A stretch of DNA of 64,000 bases from Rhodospirillales bacterium. Lineage in GTDB: Bacteria > Pseudomonadota > Alphaproteobacteria > Bin95. The notes under the pieces were generated by a model. That model had not been told where the DNA came from and made no database searches. It saw only the letters and a program-made list of their open reading frames with translations. Positions 38,770 through 50,998 of this stretch are shown here, piece by piece; the stretch's first letter is position 1, and each line of letters starts with the position of its first letter. The stretch covers positions 800,001-864,000 of the forward strand of contig JAYQLI010000035.1 of NCBI GenBank assembly GCA_038143065.1. The letters run 5' to 3'. The position numbers and the translations under genes were made by a program.

Positions 38770-40138
38770 TTATTCTTGCTCTTCGGCAAATGGAAGATGC
38801 ACCGTAAAAATGCTGCCACGGCCAACAATGCTAGAAATTTCCAAATGGCCACGGCATCGATTCAAAATGTGTTTAACAATAGCTAAACCCAGACCTGTTC
38901 CGCCTAAAGAACGCGACCTAGCAACATCTACACGGTAAAATCTTTCTGTTAACCGCGGAATATGCTCTGCCAGGAATCCCAGGTCCCTCGTCGATAATCG
39001 ATACTCGGACAGCTTCATTTTCGCTAACGAGTTTTATCTGAACGATCGACCCCTCACGACCGTATTTTAGCGCATTTTCTAGCAGATTTCGAAATACTTG
39101 CTGCAAAAGATCCGGGTCACCCAAAATAGTGGATAATGGCCCCCTCACCTCAGTTTGAAATGAAATATTTCGCTCCTGGGACATGGGATCTAGTTCTTGA
39201 ATTACAGAATTGATGATCTCTTCAATAGAGTCAGTTGCTCCAGCTGGAGCATACTCGTCCATCTCAACACGAGATAAAGATAGGAGATCTTCAACTAATC
39301 GCGCCATACGATTTGCTTGATCTCTCATTATTCCTAGAAATCGTGCACGAGCAGTATCGTCGTCTTTCGCAGGACCCTCTAGGGTTTCAATAAAACCCAC
39401 CAAGTTTGCCAATGGTGTTCTAAGCTCATGACTTGCATTGGCAACGAAATCTGCACGCATCGCCTCAAGTTGGCGAATAGCTGTTAAGTCCTGCAAAGCC
39501 ACCACAGCGGCCTCTCCCCCACCACCAATATTGGCTAATCGAGCAATGATGGCGCGGTATGAACGCGTTGTATGATCTCTCAACTCGATATCAGCAATAG
39601 CTTCAGGAACTGCACCGGCCGTAACCGCCTCAACCGCATCTAACAGTTCAGGACTGCGCACAGCATCTACCAATGGTCTCATATTAATACTGGAGCCAAT
39701 TGCCAGTTCGGCGGCATAATTTGCGTGAACTATTCGATGATTAAGATCAAGCACTAGGAGAGGTTCCGGCACGCCATCAAGAACATTCTCAACGGTTACG
39801 GCTCTCTCCTCTATTGATCTTTGCATGCGAAGAATTCTTCGCTGGCTTTCAACTAAAGCCGTCGCAAGCTCTCCACCAACGGGTGTTCGTCTACCAGAAG
39901 GCAGTTGCGAAACTTCCTCTGACCCCAGTCCTCTTGCTCTGGCTACCAGCTCCGAAAAGTCTTTTGCAAAAGGCAACGCGCAGATGAAACCTATAGCCAG
40001 AGCTAACAGAGCACCTGTTACAGCATGGTAGCTCGATATTAAACCCAGCATCCACCCTGCCAGAACTACTACTTCTCCTGACGCAACAGCAGCTAAAAAT
40101 ATAGAGGGTAAAAGGCGGCGCGTATTTAAGTCTATCAT
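38770..40138 (-). CDS. phoR: Phosphate regulon sensor kinase, frameshift near 3' end
   Basis: PAS region; DFVANASHELRTPL; NLLENALKYG; RFYRVD...GGTGLGLAIVKH. Confidence 0.93.
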
Positions 40139-40154
40139 CGCGCCACCTGTGAAA

Positions 40155-42428
40155 TTAATCCTCTGCTGCGTGAGCTGCCAGAGCAGCTAAATTCACAATC
40201 TCCGACACAGTAGCACCCATCGGTACGATCTGTGCCGATTTAGCTAGCCCCATTAACGAGGGGCCTATGACATTTGCACCACCAAGTGTCTTGAGCAACT
40301 TTGCTGAGATATTTGCTGATTGAAGAGCTGGCATCACTAATACGTTAGCCGGACCAGTAAGACGTGCAAATGGATAGAGACGTTTACGAAGCTCATCGTC
40401 GAGCGCCACATCTGCCGTCATATCTCCATCATATTCGAAATCAACTTTCCGACTATCTAAAATACGCACTGCAGATCGAACTCTTTCAGCTGAATCCCAA
40501 TTTGGATTGCCAAAGTTTGAGTAAGAAAGCAAAGCAACTTTTGGCTCATAGCCCATGCGCTTAGCAGCATTGGCAGCTGAGCAAGCAATAACAGCTAAAT
40601 CTTCAGATGTTGGCACCTCATGCACATGAGTATCCGCCATCAAAACCGTGCGATCACGGGCTACAATCGTGGTCAGCCCCATCGCGGTTTCCCCATCTTT
40701 TGGGGGAAGTACTGCAGCGATTTCCTCGAAACACACTGCAAAACTGCGGGTTAGGCCCGTAACCACCGCATCAGCATCTCCAAGAGCGACCATGCAAGCC
40801 GCAAATGTATTTCGGTTCTGATTTACCATACGTTGGCAGTCCCGAAGCAGATAGCCCTTCCGCTGCAACTGTGAATATAAGTGATCACGGTAAGCTGAAT
40901 TTCTCTCTGACCGGGCTGCATTATGAATTTCGATATCTGGATCTTCGCGGCCAGCGGCTGCCATTGCAGCTCGTACTTTTTCTTCACGGCCAATTAAGAT
41001 AGGTGTGCCAAGGCCCTGGTCTTTAAAAGCAATCGCAGCTCGGATTGTTCTTTCCTCCTCCCCTTCTGCGAATGCGACCCGTTTTGGTGAAGAACGAACT
41101 GCCGTAAATACGCGAGACATAGCTGAAAGTGTTGGGTCTAATCTTGCAGCTAATTGTCGACGATATGCATCCCAGTCTTCAATTGGTTGACGAGCAACTC
41201 CCGTTTCCATTGCTGCTTTGGCTACCGCAATTGGGATCGCTGTGATCAGTCGAGGATCAAAGGGCGTTGGGATAATGTATTCTCGTCCAAAGGATAAGCG
41301 ACGTCCCTGATAAGCCTCCGCTACCTCATCAGGAACATCCTCCCTAGCAAGATCAGCAAGTGCTATCGCTGCCGCAAGTTTCATATCATCATTAATAGCT
41401 GTTGCGCGCACATCTAACGCACCTCGGAAAAGGTACGGAAACCCGAGGACATTATTTACTTGGTTAGGATAATCAGATCGCCCTGTAGCCATAATAATGT
41501 CATCACGTGTACTCTGAGCTAATTCCGGTTGTATCTCTGGATTAGGATTAGCCAATGCAAAAATCACAGGGTCCTTTCCCATCGATTTTAGCATTTCAGG
41601 CGTTACAGCATCACGGACAGATACCCCCAAAAATACGTCCGCCCCCTTTAACGCATCCGCTAAACTTCGCGCATCGGTATCTATGGCGTGTCCTGATTTC
41701 CACTGATTCATGCCATCAGTGCGACCTTTATATATAACCCCTCGGCTATCACAGAGAATGACATTTTCATTGCGTGCACCAAAACGTTTAATTAATTCGA
41801 CGCATGAAATCGCAGCAGCACCTGCTCCGTTCACCACAATCTTCATGTCTTCGAGTTTGCGGTTCGTTAGCTTAGCCGAATTAATCAAACCTGCCGCAGC
41901 GATAATTGCCGTTCCGTGCTGATCATCATGGAAAACTGGAACATCACACAGTTCACGCAAACGTTGCTCAATAATAAAGCATTCAGGTGCTTTGATATCT
42001 TCTAAGTTGATGCCTCCCCAAGTTTTAGACATCACCTTTACGCAGTTAATGAACTCTTCCGTGTCATAGGTATCAAGTTCGATATCTACGCCGTCGATAT
42101 CGGCAAAACGCTTAAAAAGAACAGCTTTACCTTCCATAACGGGCTTTGAGCCCAAAGCCCCTAAGTCTCCAAGCCCAAGCACTGCAGATCCATTGGAGAT
42201 AACGGCTACCGTATTACCCTTAGCCGTATAGTCATAAGCGGTAACTTCGTTATCGAAAATTTCAAGACATGGAGCAGCAACGCCAGGGGAATAAGCAAGG
42301 CTCAACTGATATTGCGTTGTGACGGGCTTGGTTGGAGCCAGCGCCACTTTGCCTGGCCTGCCACTGGCATGCATTCGAAGAGCTTCAAGATCAAGGACTG
42401 AATGTTCTCTGCTATATTTTTTTGTCAT
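40155..42428 (-). CDS. maeB: NADP-dependent malic enzyme with phosphotransacetylase-like domain
   Basis: [10 protein letters not shown]; KPVMEGK; FHDDQHGT; [13 protein letters not shown]; PTA-like C-terminal half (AFAEGEE). Confidence 0.96.
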   Translation of the reverse strand: MTKKYSREHSVLDLEALRMHASGRPGKVALAPTKPVTTQYQLSLAYSPGVAAPCLEIFDNEVTAYDYTAKGNTVAVISNGSAVLGLGDLGALGSKPVMEGKAVLFKRFADIDGVDIELDTYDTEEFINCVKVMSKTWGGINLEDIKAPECFIIEQRLRELCDVPVFHDDQHGTAIIAAAGLINSAKLTNRKLEDMKIVVNGAGAAAISCVELIKRFGARNENVILCDSRGVIYKGRTDGMNQWKSGHAIDTDARSLADALKGADVFLGVSVRDAVTPEMLKSMGKDPVIFALANPNPEIQPELAQSTRDDIIMATGRSDYPNQVNNVLGFPYLFRGALDVRATAINDDMKLAAAIALADLAREDVPDEVAEAYQGRRLSFGREYIIPTPFDPRLITAIPIAVAKAAMETGVARQPIEDWDAYRRQLAARLDPTLSAMSRVFTAVRSSPKRVAFAEGEEERTIRAAIAFKDQGLGTPILIGREEKVRAAMAAAGREDPDIEIHNAARSERNSAYRDHLYSQLQRKGYLLRDCQRMVNQNRNTFAACMVALGDADAVVTGLTRSFAVCFEEIAAVLPPKDGETAMGLTTIVARDRTVLMADTHVHEVPTSEDLAVIACSAANAAKRMGYEPKVALLSYSNFGNPNWDSAERVRSAVRILDSRKVDFEYDGDMTADVALDDELRKRLYPFARLTGPANVLVMPALQSANISAKLLKTLGGANVIGPSLMGLAKSAQIVPMGATVSEIVNLAALAAHAAED

Positions 42429-42614
42429 GCCTATCGCACCGAGCCCAACGCTCGCTCCCAAATAAAAAATATTGTTATTTAAAAATAGAATAACAGCGAT
42501 GTGGCTCTTTACGCTAGATAATAAAAGCTCCTAACTTTTTGCTTAAATACCGCGTGTTGAGAGCGCCATTTTTTGAGTTTGATCAAAAAAGTAAAGTAAT
42601 GAAGGATGCAACTA

Positions 42615-43324
42615 ATGGCTACCTATGTATTAGTCCACGGCGCCTATCACGGTGGCTGGTGTTGGCGCCATACGGCCAAGAAGTTAAGAGACTACGGACA
42701 TGAAGTGCACACCCCAACCTTATCTGGATTAGGCGAACGTAGCCACCTCCTAACACCCTCGATCAATCTTTCCACCCACATCCAAGACATCCTAAATGTC
42801 TTGGCATGGGAAGATATTCGAGATGCCATTTTAGTGGGCCATTCCTATGGTGGAATGGTTATAACTGGGGTGGCGGATCGCGCAGCAGATAGATTAAAAG
42901 ATATCGTTTATTTGGATGCGATAGTCCCTCAGAATGGACAATCTATTCTTGATGTTCAACCTGCTGGCAGAGCAGATTGGATGAAAGAAAGAGCTAAGGA
43001 AAATGGCGGATTAGCTGGATTACCTCAAGTCCAGAATTGTATGGCGTAACAGAACCTAAGGCCAAAGCTTGGGTAGAAGATAAATGCACTCCTCAACCCT
43101 TCGCGAGTTTCTCAGAAAAAATACAAATCTCTGGCGCCCCTGCAGAACGGGTGCGCAAACGTCTTTACATTTTATGCACGGATCCCGCTCTGGAATATCT
43201 GCGCCAGTTTTATGAAAGCGCAGTTACAGCAAATGGCTGGGACGCAATGGAATTAAATACTGGTCATGATGCAATGGTTACAGAGCCCAAAAAACTTGCA
43301 GAAATTTTGGCTACCAGGGCATGA
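42615..43324 (+). CDS. Alpha/beta hydrolase (methylesterase-like), frameshifted
   Basis: LVHGAYHGGWCW; GHSYGG nucleophile elbow; TGHDAM. Confidence 0.88.
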
Positions 43325-43695
43325 TTTTTAAAATATGCACTATTGGAGCTTCGCTTGTTTTTTTATCGAATGTAGTATTTGCAGAGGGAATACAAAGTGG
43401 ACGACAGCTCGTCAAGCCCTGTAAGTCCTGTCATTTTTTCAAAGAAAAAAGCGGGAAATCTGGCCCCCATCTTTTTAAACTTATCGGCCGCCAAATTGGG
43501 TCAGTCGAAGGTTATCCGTATTCAAAAGCTTTGCTCAAAATTGGTGGAGAGTGGGAAGAACTCAGACTTGCGAAATTCTTGAATGATCCCAAAGCATTCG
43601 CCCCTGGTACAAAAATGAATTTTTCAGGTTTTAAAAATATGAAGAGTGCAAAGATAGCCGCCGCCTATTTTGCCCAGCTGGCGGGGCGCCAATAA
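43321..43695 (+). CDS. Class I cytochrome c (c2-like)
   Basis: Signal peptide; CKSCH; GPHL; PGTKM axial Met. Confidence 0.9.
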   Translation: MIFKICTIGASLVFLSNVVFAEGIQSGRQLVKPCKSCHFFKEKSGKSGPHLFKLIGRQIGSVEGYPYSKALLKIGGEWEELRLAKFLNDPKAFAPGTKMNFSGFKNMKSAKIAAAYFAQLAGRQ

Positions 43696-43760
43696 TTCCT
43701 TGACTCAAGGGTTGGCATTGGTTTGCAATTCATATCCACGATAGACCAGGGTGAACTGAA

Positions 43761-44660
43761 ATGCCATCGATCCAACCTCTAAACGCAAGTTTTGGCGCAG
43801 TCATTACCGACGTAAAATTAGGAAAATTAAATGATGAGGATTGGAAAAAAATTGAAGAGGCTTTTAACAAATACGGAGCACTCGTATTCCCCAACCAACA
43901 TACAACGGATGAAGAGCATATCGCCTTTGCCGAGCGTTTTGGACCTATAGAGTACCTGCGTGGCGAAGGCGAAAAAGCGGCTTGGATAAGCAATGTTAAT
44001 CCTGACGGTACTGTCATGGAAACCAAACAAAAGCGGTTTCAGGCCCTTCGTGGAAACGAAGGGTGGCACACGGACAGCTCTTACATGCCGCTTGCCGCCA
44101 AAGCCTCTGCTCTAGCTGCAATAAAAACGCCCCAAAAAGGCGGTGAAACTGAACTCGCAGATATGCGTGATGCCTACGATACACTTTCTGAGACGATGAA
44201 AGAAAAAATTGCGAGTCTATCTGCTTACCATTCCCTCTATCAAAGCCAAGCGAAAGCCGGATACAAATTCAATACGGGTGACGGATATGGGTATCATACA
44301 AAGGGTGCACCGCTGCGCCCTCTTGTGAAAACTCACCCAGAAACCGGCAGAAAGTCCCTCTTCATAGGGCGACATGCTTATAAAATACCAAATATGGCTG
44401 ATGCAGATGCTCAAGCTCTCTTGGATGAACTCCTAGATCACGCCTGCAAACCGCCAAGGGTTTATAAGCACCAGTGGCGCCCAGGAGACATTATGATATG
44501 GGATAATAGGTGCATACTGCATCGCGCCTGTCCCTATGAGTATGCCGAACCAAGGATCCTCCGGCATGTCCGAGTGGCTGGTGACCCACACACCGAAACG
44601 GCAGAAACAGGTCGAGACGATAGAGCTGATGACTTCGTACCCAGTTCTATGAATAACTGA
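43761..44660 (+). CDS. TauD/TfdA family Fe(II)/2OG dioxygenase
   Basis: WHTDSSY; HPETGRKSL; WDNRCILH. Confidence 0.93.
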   Translation: MPSIQPLNASFGAVITDVKLGKLNDEDWKKIEEAFNKYGALVFPNQHTTDEEHIAFAERFGPIEYLRGEGEKAAWISNVNPDGTVMETKQKRFQALRGNEGWHTDSSYMPLAAKASALAAIKTPQKGGETELADMRDAYDTLSETMKEKIASLSAYHSLYQSQAKAGYKFNTGDGYGYHTKGAPLRPLVKTHPETGRKSLFIGRHAYKIPNMADADAQALLDELLDHACKPPRVYKHQWRPGDIMIWDNRCILHRACPYEYAEPRILRHVRVAGDPHTETAETGRDDRADDFVPSSMNN

Positions 44661-44822
44661 ATAATTCTCGAAGCCTTTGATTGAATAGGGCAACGATTGT
44701 CATTTTGCTTGTGGCACTTGGCAGTATCTGGGTTCTAAAAAAACACCTCAGCAATCACCTCATAAAACCACACTGTTTTTTGTTCTCATCATAAACAGCC
44801 TACTTAGTTGCGCTTAGTTTTA

Positions 44823-46246
44823 TTAAAGTGCTGGACTAGAAAGAATTTCTGCGGGGATCGATCGTTTAAGATATTTCCCATCCGCTAGGTCTCCCAAAAA
44901 TCTGCCATCTTCAACCATAATTTTTCCACGAAGCATGGTTAGCACTGGCCATCCAGAAATCGCATGCCCTTCCCATGGACTATAATCCGCTTCATGCAGA
45001 TTTTCGGCTTTCACTTCTCCTCTAATGGAAGGATCAAATATACAAATGTCAGCATCGCTTCCTGCAGCGATAGCTCCCTTTTGCGGATACATTCCCATAA
45101 TTTTAGCGGCATTGGTGGAAATTTGGTCAACAAATTTGGTGAGAGAATAGCCCCGCTTAGTGACCATTTCGTCATACATCACACCTAGCCGAGGCTCTAC
45201 GCCAGCATTCCCGCCCGTTGTGTCATCTATGCGGTCGCCAATGGTCTTAATATTCAGGCTGCAACACACTTCATCTGTCGCTACACAATTGATTGAACCA
45301 TCTAGAGTACCAGCCCATAGGGCATCTTGATCCTGCTGAGATTTCAAAGAGGGATAAGTATGATAAATTTGACCATTGGGTCGTTTGTAATCCTCTTGGG
45401 TATAGAGCAGGTATTGGTGCAATGTTTCACCGTAAATTGGCTGTCCGTTAGCTCTAGCTTCTCTTATTGCTTGAACGCCAGTACCAGCACTTACATGCAT
45501 CATGTACAGAGGTGTTTTCTCTGACTCAGCTAATCTCAGCACACGCCGGAAAGATAAATCCTCTGACAATGCGTTATGTACTTCTGCTAAATTATGAAAA
45601 CTAACCCTACCCTCCGGATCAACTTTCCATACATGTGCATCACAATGTCATTATCTTCTGCATGGATAACCCCAAGACCACCCGCCTTCGAAAGTGTCTT
45701 AAACAGTTCCCAAAGGTCACCAAAATGGACAAGTCTGCCTGCACGGTTTGGGGTGATGTTTGTAGTAAATATTTTGACTGTTGGGTAACCATCACTAATC
45801 AGGGACGGCAACTCATCAAAAACCTCAGGTGGGATATCTCCCAAAAGCATTAAATGATACGCATAATCGCAATAACACTTATTGACCCATTGTTCATCAC
45901 GCTCAGCTACAACCTGCCTTAGTGGCTTAGGTTCCATACGCGCAGCAAAGTCCAATAATGTAGTTGTCCCTCCCCAAAGTGCTGCACGGCTAACAACTTC
46001 AGGAGGAGCACTGGTCATTGCGGAACCATCGGGAAGCGGCATATGCCAAGCGCAGTGAACATGAGGATCTATTCCACCAGGAATAACAATCTTACCCTCT
46101 GCATTTACCTCACGAGAGGCGCTGCCTGGTGGGATAGCGTTAGGCTGGGTTACCGCAGCAATCTTCTCACCTTTTATCGCGATATCAGAATTGCTTTCTC
46201 CTTGTGGCGTTACAGCAATGCCCCCGCGAATAACCGTATCAAACAT
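44823..46246 (-). CDS. Cyclic amidohydrolase (dihydropyrimidinase/hydantoinase-like), frameshifted
   Basis: PGGIDPHVH; GGTTT; KIF (carboxy-Lys position); HAED; HVS; ATD; KGAIAAGSDAD. Confidence 0.88.
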
Positions 46247-46260
46247 CTCACCCTCCACCC

Positions 46261-47250
46261 TTAATTAGGTGCTAAATTCAATTCTTTAGCCAAGCTTACT
46301 TCTTCATTTAATAAACTGAGCAACGCATCTGAAAACTCGAGACTCAAATCTTCGCCAATCAACGTTAAGGATGTCCCAGTTTCTTTATTTGGCCAAGTAT
46401 CTAACCATCCCAGAGGATGGAAAATATTCTGTACGCCATGAATGACCCCTGGAGTGTCCGGGACTTCCAAAATCTGAACAAGGCCCTTCACACGCAATAA
46501 GCGGGGACCGTAAACTTCCGCAAGTGCCTCAAAAAAAAGTGGCAAAGCAGCCGCGTGTACCGGCTCTGAACGCCGCAGGGTTATCACATCTGTATGGCCA
46601 TGAATGTGTGATTGCTCTAACCAATTATGATCTCGATTGCGCGTATCGGTATCTGAAAGAAGAAACATGGGGTCTATTTCCCCAAATGACGCTGCCTTTA
46701 CCTCTGCAACTGAATTCAATGCATGAATGTTGCCAACAATCTGCTCGGTAGCACATGCATCCGCTAAGTCAGCCTTTGTAATAATAATTCCGTCAGCACA
46801 TGCCGCCTGCCGCCTGGCTTCCTCTCGATGTTTCAAAGTTTCTCCGCCTAAAACGGCATCAAACGTTGTTACAACACGCTTCAGCATTACTCCTTCAGCG
46901 AGTATGGGATCTATTAAGAAAGACTGAAGAATTGGAATGGGGTCAGCCAAACCCGTAGTTTCAACAATTATTTGATCAAATGAAATTTGCCCCAACCGTC
47001 GACGCGCCAATAAATCTCCAACGGTCCGAGATAAATCTCCTCGTGCCACGCAACAGAGGCACCCAGTCGTTAAAGCGATGAGATCCTCTTCACTTGTCTC
47101 AATTAGTTGATGGTCTAAACCAACCTCTCCAAACTCGTTTATGATCACTGCAGTTCTTCCAAGCTCAGGTCGCTTCAACAATGAACTCAAAATTGTTGTT
47201 TTTCCGCTACCCAGAAAGCCCGTGAGTACACTAATTGGAACCCGTATCAC
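46261..47250 (-). CDS. COG0523/CobW-family G3E GTPase metallochaperone
   Basis: GFLGSGKTT; NEFGE; GCLCC; ETTGLADP; LLRVKG. Confidence 0.92.
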   Translation of the reverse strand: MIRVPISVLTGFLGSGKTTILSSLLKRPELGRTAVIINEFGEVGLDHQLIETSEEDLIALTTGCLCCVARGDLSRTVGDLLARRRLGQISFDQIIVETTGLADPIPILQSFLIDPILAEGVMLKRVVTTFDAVLGGETLKHREEARRQAACADGIIITKADLADACATEQIVGNIHALNSVAEVKAASFGEIDPMFLLSDTDTRNRDHNWLEQSHIHGHTDVITLRRSEPVHAAALPLFFEALAEVYGPRLLRVKGLVQILEVPDTPGVIHGVQNIFHPLGWLDTWPNKETGTSLTLIGEDLSLEFSDALLSLLNEEVSLAKELNLAPN

Positions 47251-47558
47251 GTCTCCGCCCTCCGGTCTGATGCAAACAGAACGCGGCCAGCTGGTTTATT
47301 AGGAGCTAACAGAGCAGCCAATGAACGAATTGCCCCTTGAGCCGAAGAGTGTCTTCGCTTTTGAGAAACCTCCGTGGAGATACTCCAAACTATTCCCAAA
47401 TCCATACGCTCGCGTGAAACAAAAATTGTTTTCTGACCAGTGCGATGAATTGCTGCCTCACTGCTCAAAGCACCGAGTGATGTCACCACTTCCGCCTCTA
47501 CGTCTAACGCCGCGCAAAGACCTTTAAGAAAACGTTTTAATTCAGCAGCTGTATCCAT
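47247..47558 (-). CDS. Hypothetical protein (~103 aa)
   Basis: Open frame from MDTAAE whose stop overlaps the CobW start by 4 bp. No recognisable motif. Confidence 0.55.
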   Translation of the reverse strand: MDTAAELKRFLKGLCAALDVEAEVVTSLGALSSEAAIHRTGQKTIFVSRERMDLGIVWSISTEVSQKRRHSSAQGAIRSLAALLAPNKPAGRVLFASDRRAET

Positions 47559-47676
47559 GTTCGTTAGATTGAACCGGAGTATAAGCCCCCGCAACCCCAA
47601 GAAATGGAAATTGGAACCTGCAAGGATTTTCTACAACGCGTTCATGGCGTTGCAACGGCAACAGCCTCTAAAAAAA

Positions 47677-50322
47677 TTAGGCCTCAGCAAGCCGCTTAAG
47701 AGCCATTTCCAACTTATTCCGCTGGAGTTCTACAGACGCCAAACGTTCTCGATTTTCCTCAACCACCTCCGGTGGAGCCTTGGAGGTGAAGTTAGCATTA
47801 GACAACCGCTTTTTAATACCGTCGGCTTCCTTGGAAATTTTTTTCTATTTCCTTAGTTAAGCGCCCCGTCTCCTCTTTGAGGTCAATAACATCACCGATG
47901 GGTAGCGCAATCGTAGCCTCGTCTACAACAAGCTGAACTGCTCCTGCGGGGGCTGCTTCACCAAAAACCACATTAGTTAATCGAGCCAATCTTTTTACAG
48001 GTTCTTCGTTTCTTGAAAACCGCTCTCTGGTCTCTTCTGATGCGCCCTGCACGAAGGCTTCAATTCTCGCTCCAGGGGGAACATTGCACTCAGCACGAAC
48101 CGCCCGGATTTGAGACACAAAGCGGATTGCCCAATCAATTTCGGACTCCGCCTCAGGCGCTGCAAAATGAGGTTCGCAGCGGGCCAGCTCGCTGTGACTA
48201 GTTGGCCATCCAACAATTTCCGCTTTGACGCAATTTCTTCCGTCAAAAAAGGCATGATTGGATGGAGAAGATGCATCAGTCTTGAGAGCGTCCATGCAAT
48301 GACTGTTCGCGTTTCTGCAGCAGCATCTCTATCTTCCCCCGAAAGTATCGGCTTCGCAAATTCGAGCTGCCAATCACAGAATGTTCCCCAGGCAAATTGA
48401 TAGAGAGCCGACGCAGCATCATTAAAACGGTAATTTTCAAGTGCAACCGAAATATCATCACGGAGGGCCGCTGTCTTAGCCACAATCCACTGATTTAACG
48501 TTACCTTGCATGATGACGGGTCAAATTGTGCGTCAAACTCGCATGAATGCAATTCAGAAAACCGCGCTGCATTCCACAGCTTTGTTGCAAAATTTCGATA
48601 GCCTTCAACCCTACTTGCAGCAAGCTTGATGTCTCTGCCCTGAGCCGCCATCGCAGTCAGAGTAAACCTCACAGCGTCCGCACCAAATTTATCCATTAGT
48701 TCAAGGGGATCAATGACATTCCCTTTGGACTTGGACATTTTCTGTCCCTTTTCATCACGGACGAGCGCATGGATATAGACTGTGCGGAAAGGCACATCGT
48801 CCATAAAATGAAGCCCCATCATCATCATCCGAGCCACCCAGAAAAAGATGATGTCAAAACCCGTAACCAAAACATCGCCTGGATAATATTTTGCCAACTC
48901 GGGGGTATTCTCAGGCCACCCTATCGTTGAGAACGGCCATAGCGCAGATGAAAACCATGTATCTAGTACATCTGGATCCTGCTGCAGCGCATGATCTTCT
49001 CCATAGTGGGCGCGAGCCTTAGCCTTTGCTACGTCCTCATTTTCAGCAACGAAAATCTCACCATTAGGCCCATACCAAGCAGGTATCCGATGCCCCCACC
49101 ATAGCTGACGTGAAATGCACCAAGGTTGGATATTGCGCATCCACTCAAAATACGTCTTCGACCAATTCTCTGGAACAAACTTAGTCTTTCCGGTCTCGAC
49201 TGCCTCTATAGCCGGCTTTGCGAGCGTTTCGGCATCAACGTACCATTGCTCAGTTAAATACGGCTCGATCGGAACTCCTCCACGATCCCCATAAGGAACC
49301 ATATGAAGATGATCCTCTATCTTGTCGAGCAGCCCCTCTATTTCTAAATCTGCGATAATAGCTTTGCGCGCATCAAAACGATCCAACCCCTGATATTTAG
49401 ATGGCGCATTTTCATTTATTCGGCCTTGACGATCGAGAATGTTAATTATCTCGAGTTTTTGCCGACGGCCTACATCAAAGTCATTGAAATCATGGGCTGG
49501 TGTAATTTTTACAGCCCCAGAACCAGCTTCCGGATCCGCATAATCGTCCCCCACAATCGGTATCAAGCGACCGACCAACGGTAATCTGCAATTTTTTCCG
49601 ATAAGATGCTTGTAACGTTCATCGTCTGGATGAACAGCAACACCAGTATCACCCAACATTGTCTCTGGGCGGGTCGTTGCAACGATTATATGGCCAGACC
49701 CATCCTCTAAAGGATATTTTAAATGCCAGAGCTTACCATTTGTCTCTGTTGGTTGAACTTCGAGATCAGAAATAGCAGTTTCTAATTTCGGATCCCAATT
49801 AACCAATCGCTGGTCTTTATAAATCAGCCCTTGATCATAAAGCTCAATAAAAACTTTACGGACAGCTGCAGAAAGCCCTTCATCCATCGTAAAGCGCTCA
49901 CGTGGCCAATCAGCCGAAGCACCAAGTCTGTGAAGCTGCGTCAAGATTGTACCGCCGGATTCCTCTTTCCACTGCCAAACCCGATCTAAAAATCTTTCTC
50001 TTCCCAAATCTCGGCGGCTAGTACCCTCTTCACCAAGCATCCGCTCAACAACCATCTGCGTGGCAATGCCAGCGTGGTCGGTTCCTGGTTGCCATAGGGT
50101 ATCTTTCCCAGACATTCTGGCATAACGGATCAATACGTCCTGTAAGGTGAAAGTGAGCGCATGCCCCATATGCAGACTACCCGTCACATTGGGAGGTGGC
50201 ATCATTATGACATAAGGATCTGCTGAACTACTGGGATCAGCGCCAAATGCTTTGGATTTTTGCCAAGCTTCAAACAATAAAGCTTCAGAAGCCTTTGGTT
50301 CATAAGTCTTTGCTAAGGTCAT
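47677..50322 (-). CDS. valS: Valine--tRNA ligase, frameshifted near 3' end
   Basis: [13 protein letters not shown]; [11 protein letters not shown]; KMSKS; C-terminal coiled coil. Confidence 0.97.
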
Positions 50323-50397
50323 AATTTTAATGCACCGTTTTCACCAATACACCAGATAGGTGCTGGATTACTTCAGAGTCAAAATCTTCCTCGGATA

Positions 50398-50962
50398 CTA
50401 ATCGTTCTTGGAACGAATACGTTCGATTTCCTGCCGCACGAGTGCTTCAACCATATTAGGCAAGTTGGAATCAAGCCATTGTTTAAGCATGGGGCGTAAA
50501 AGCTCTTTCACCAGATCTTCGACCGAACTATTCTGACCAGCCTGGCGTTCTTGTTCGTTATTAGCATTTCTAAGTACTGCAAGTGCGGCCGATGATAGGG
50601 CAGCTGTGCTAGATGAGAGCAGCCCCTCACCAAGATCTACTTTTTTGTCACCCTCGTTTCCGTGAGCCTCCGCAGAAGATGAAGAAGCCTTGCTTTTCTC
50701 ACCATCGCTGAAATTAACTGTGTCCTGAGCACTTGCAGAAGCTGCTGTGGCATTTTCATCTGAACCACCCAATTTTTCATCGCCTTCATCCGGCAAAGGA
50801 TTGGACAGCTCAAGAATGTCATCAAAATCAATTGACTCTTCGCTGACGTCATCTGCATTGGCGGTTTGTAGACGAACTATCCTCCTCAGAAATTATTTTT
50901 CTGATTGAAGCAAGAATCTCTTCTACTGATTGTTCGTTTTCAGAGTCCCTGGTGCTACTCAT
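50398..50962 (-). CDS. popZ: Polar organising protein PopZ (DUF2497), frameshifted
   Basis: N-terminal EQSVEEILASIRKIISE; C-terminal VEDLVKELLRPMLKQWLDSNLPNMVEALVRQEIERI; tolC-popZ-valS synteny. Confidence 0.9.
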
Positions 50963-50998
50963 ATAATACTGCTCTCCACCTCTCCAACCTTACAATCT

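Noticed and set aside
43713-43727. Sigma54-like TGGCATTGGTTTGCA upstream of the TauD gene
   Set aside because: Only 9 nt separate GG and GC and 10 are required. It could be an indel error, but it is unsupported as written.
47560-47676. Cobalamin riboswitch or Zur box upstream of the CobW operon
   Set aside because: No B12-box or Zur-type palindrome recognised, and the spacer is short.
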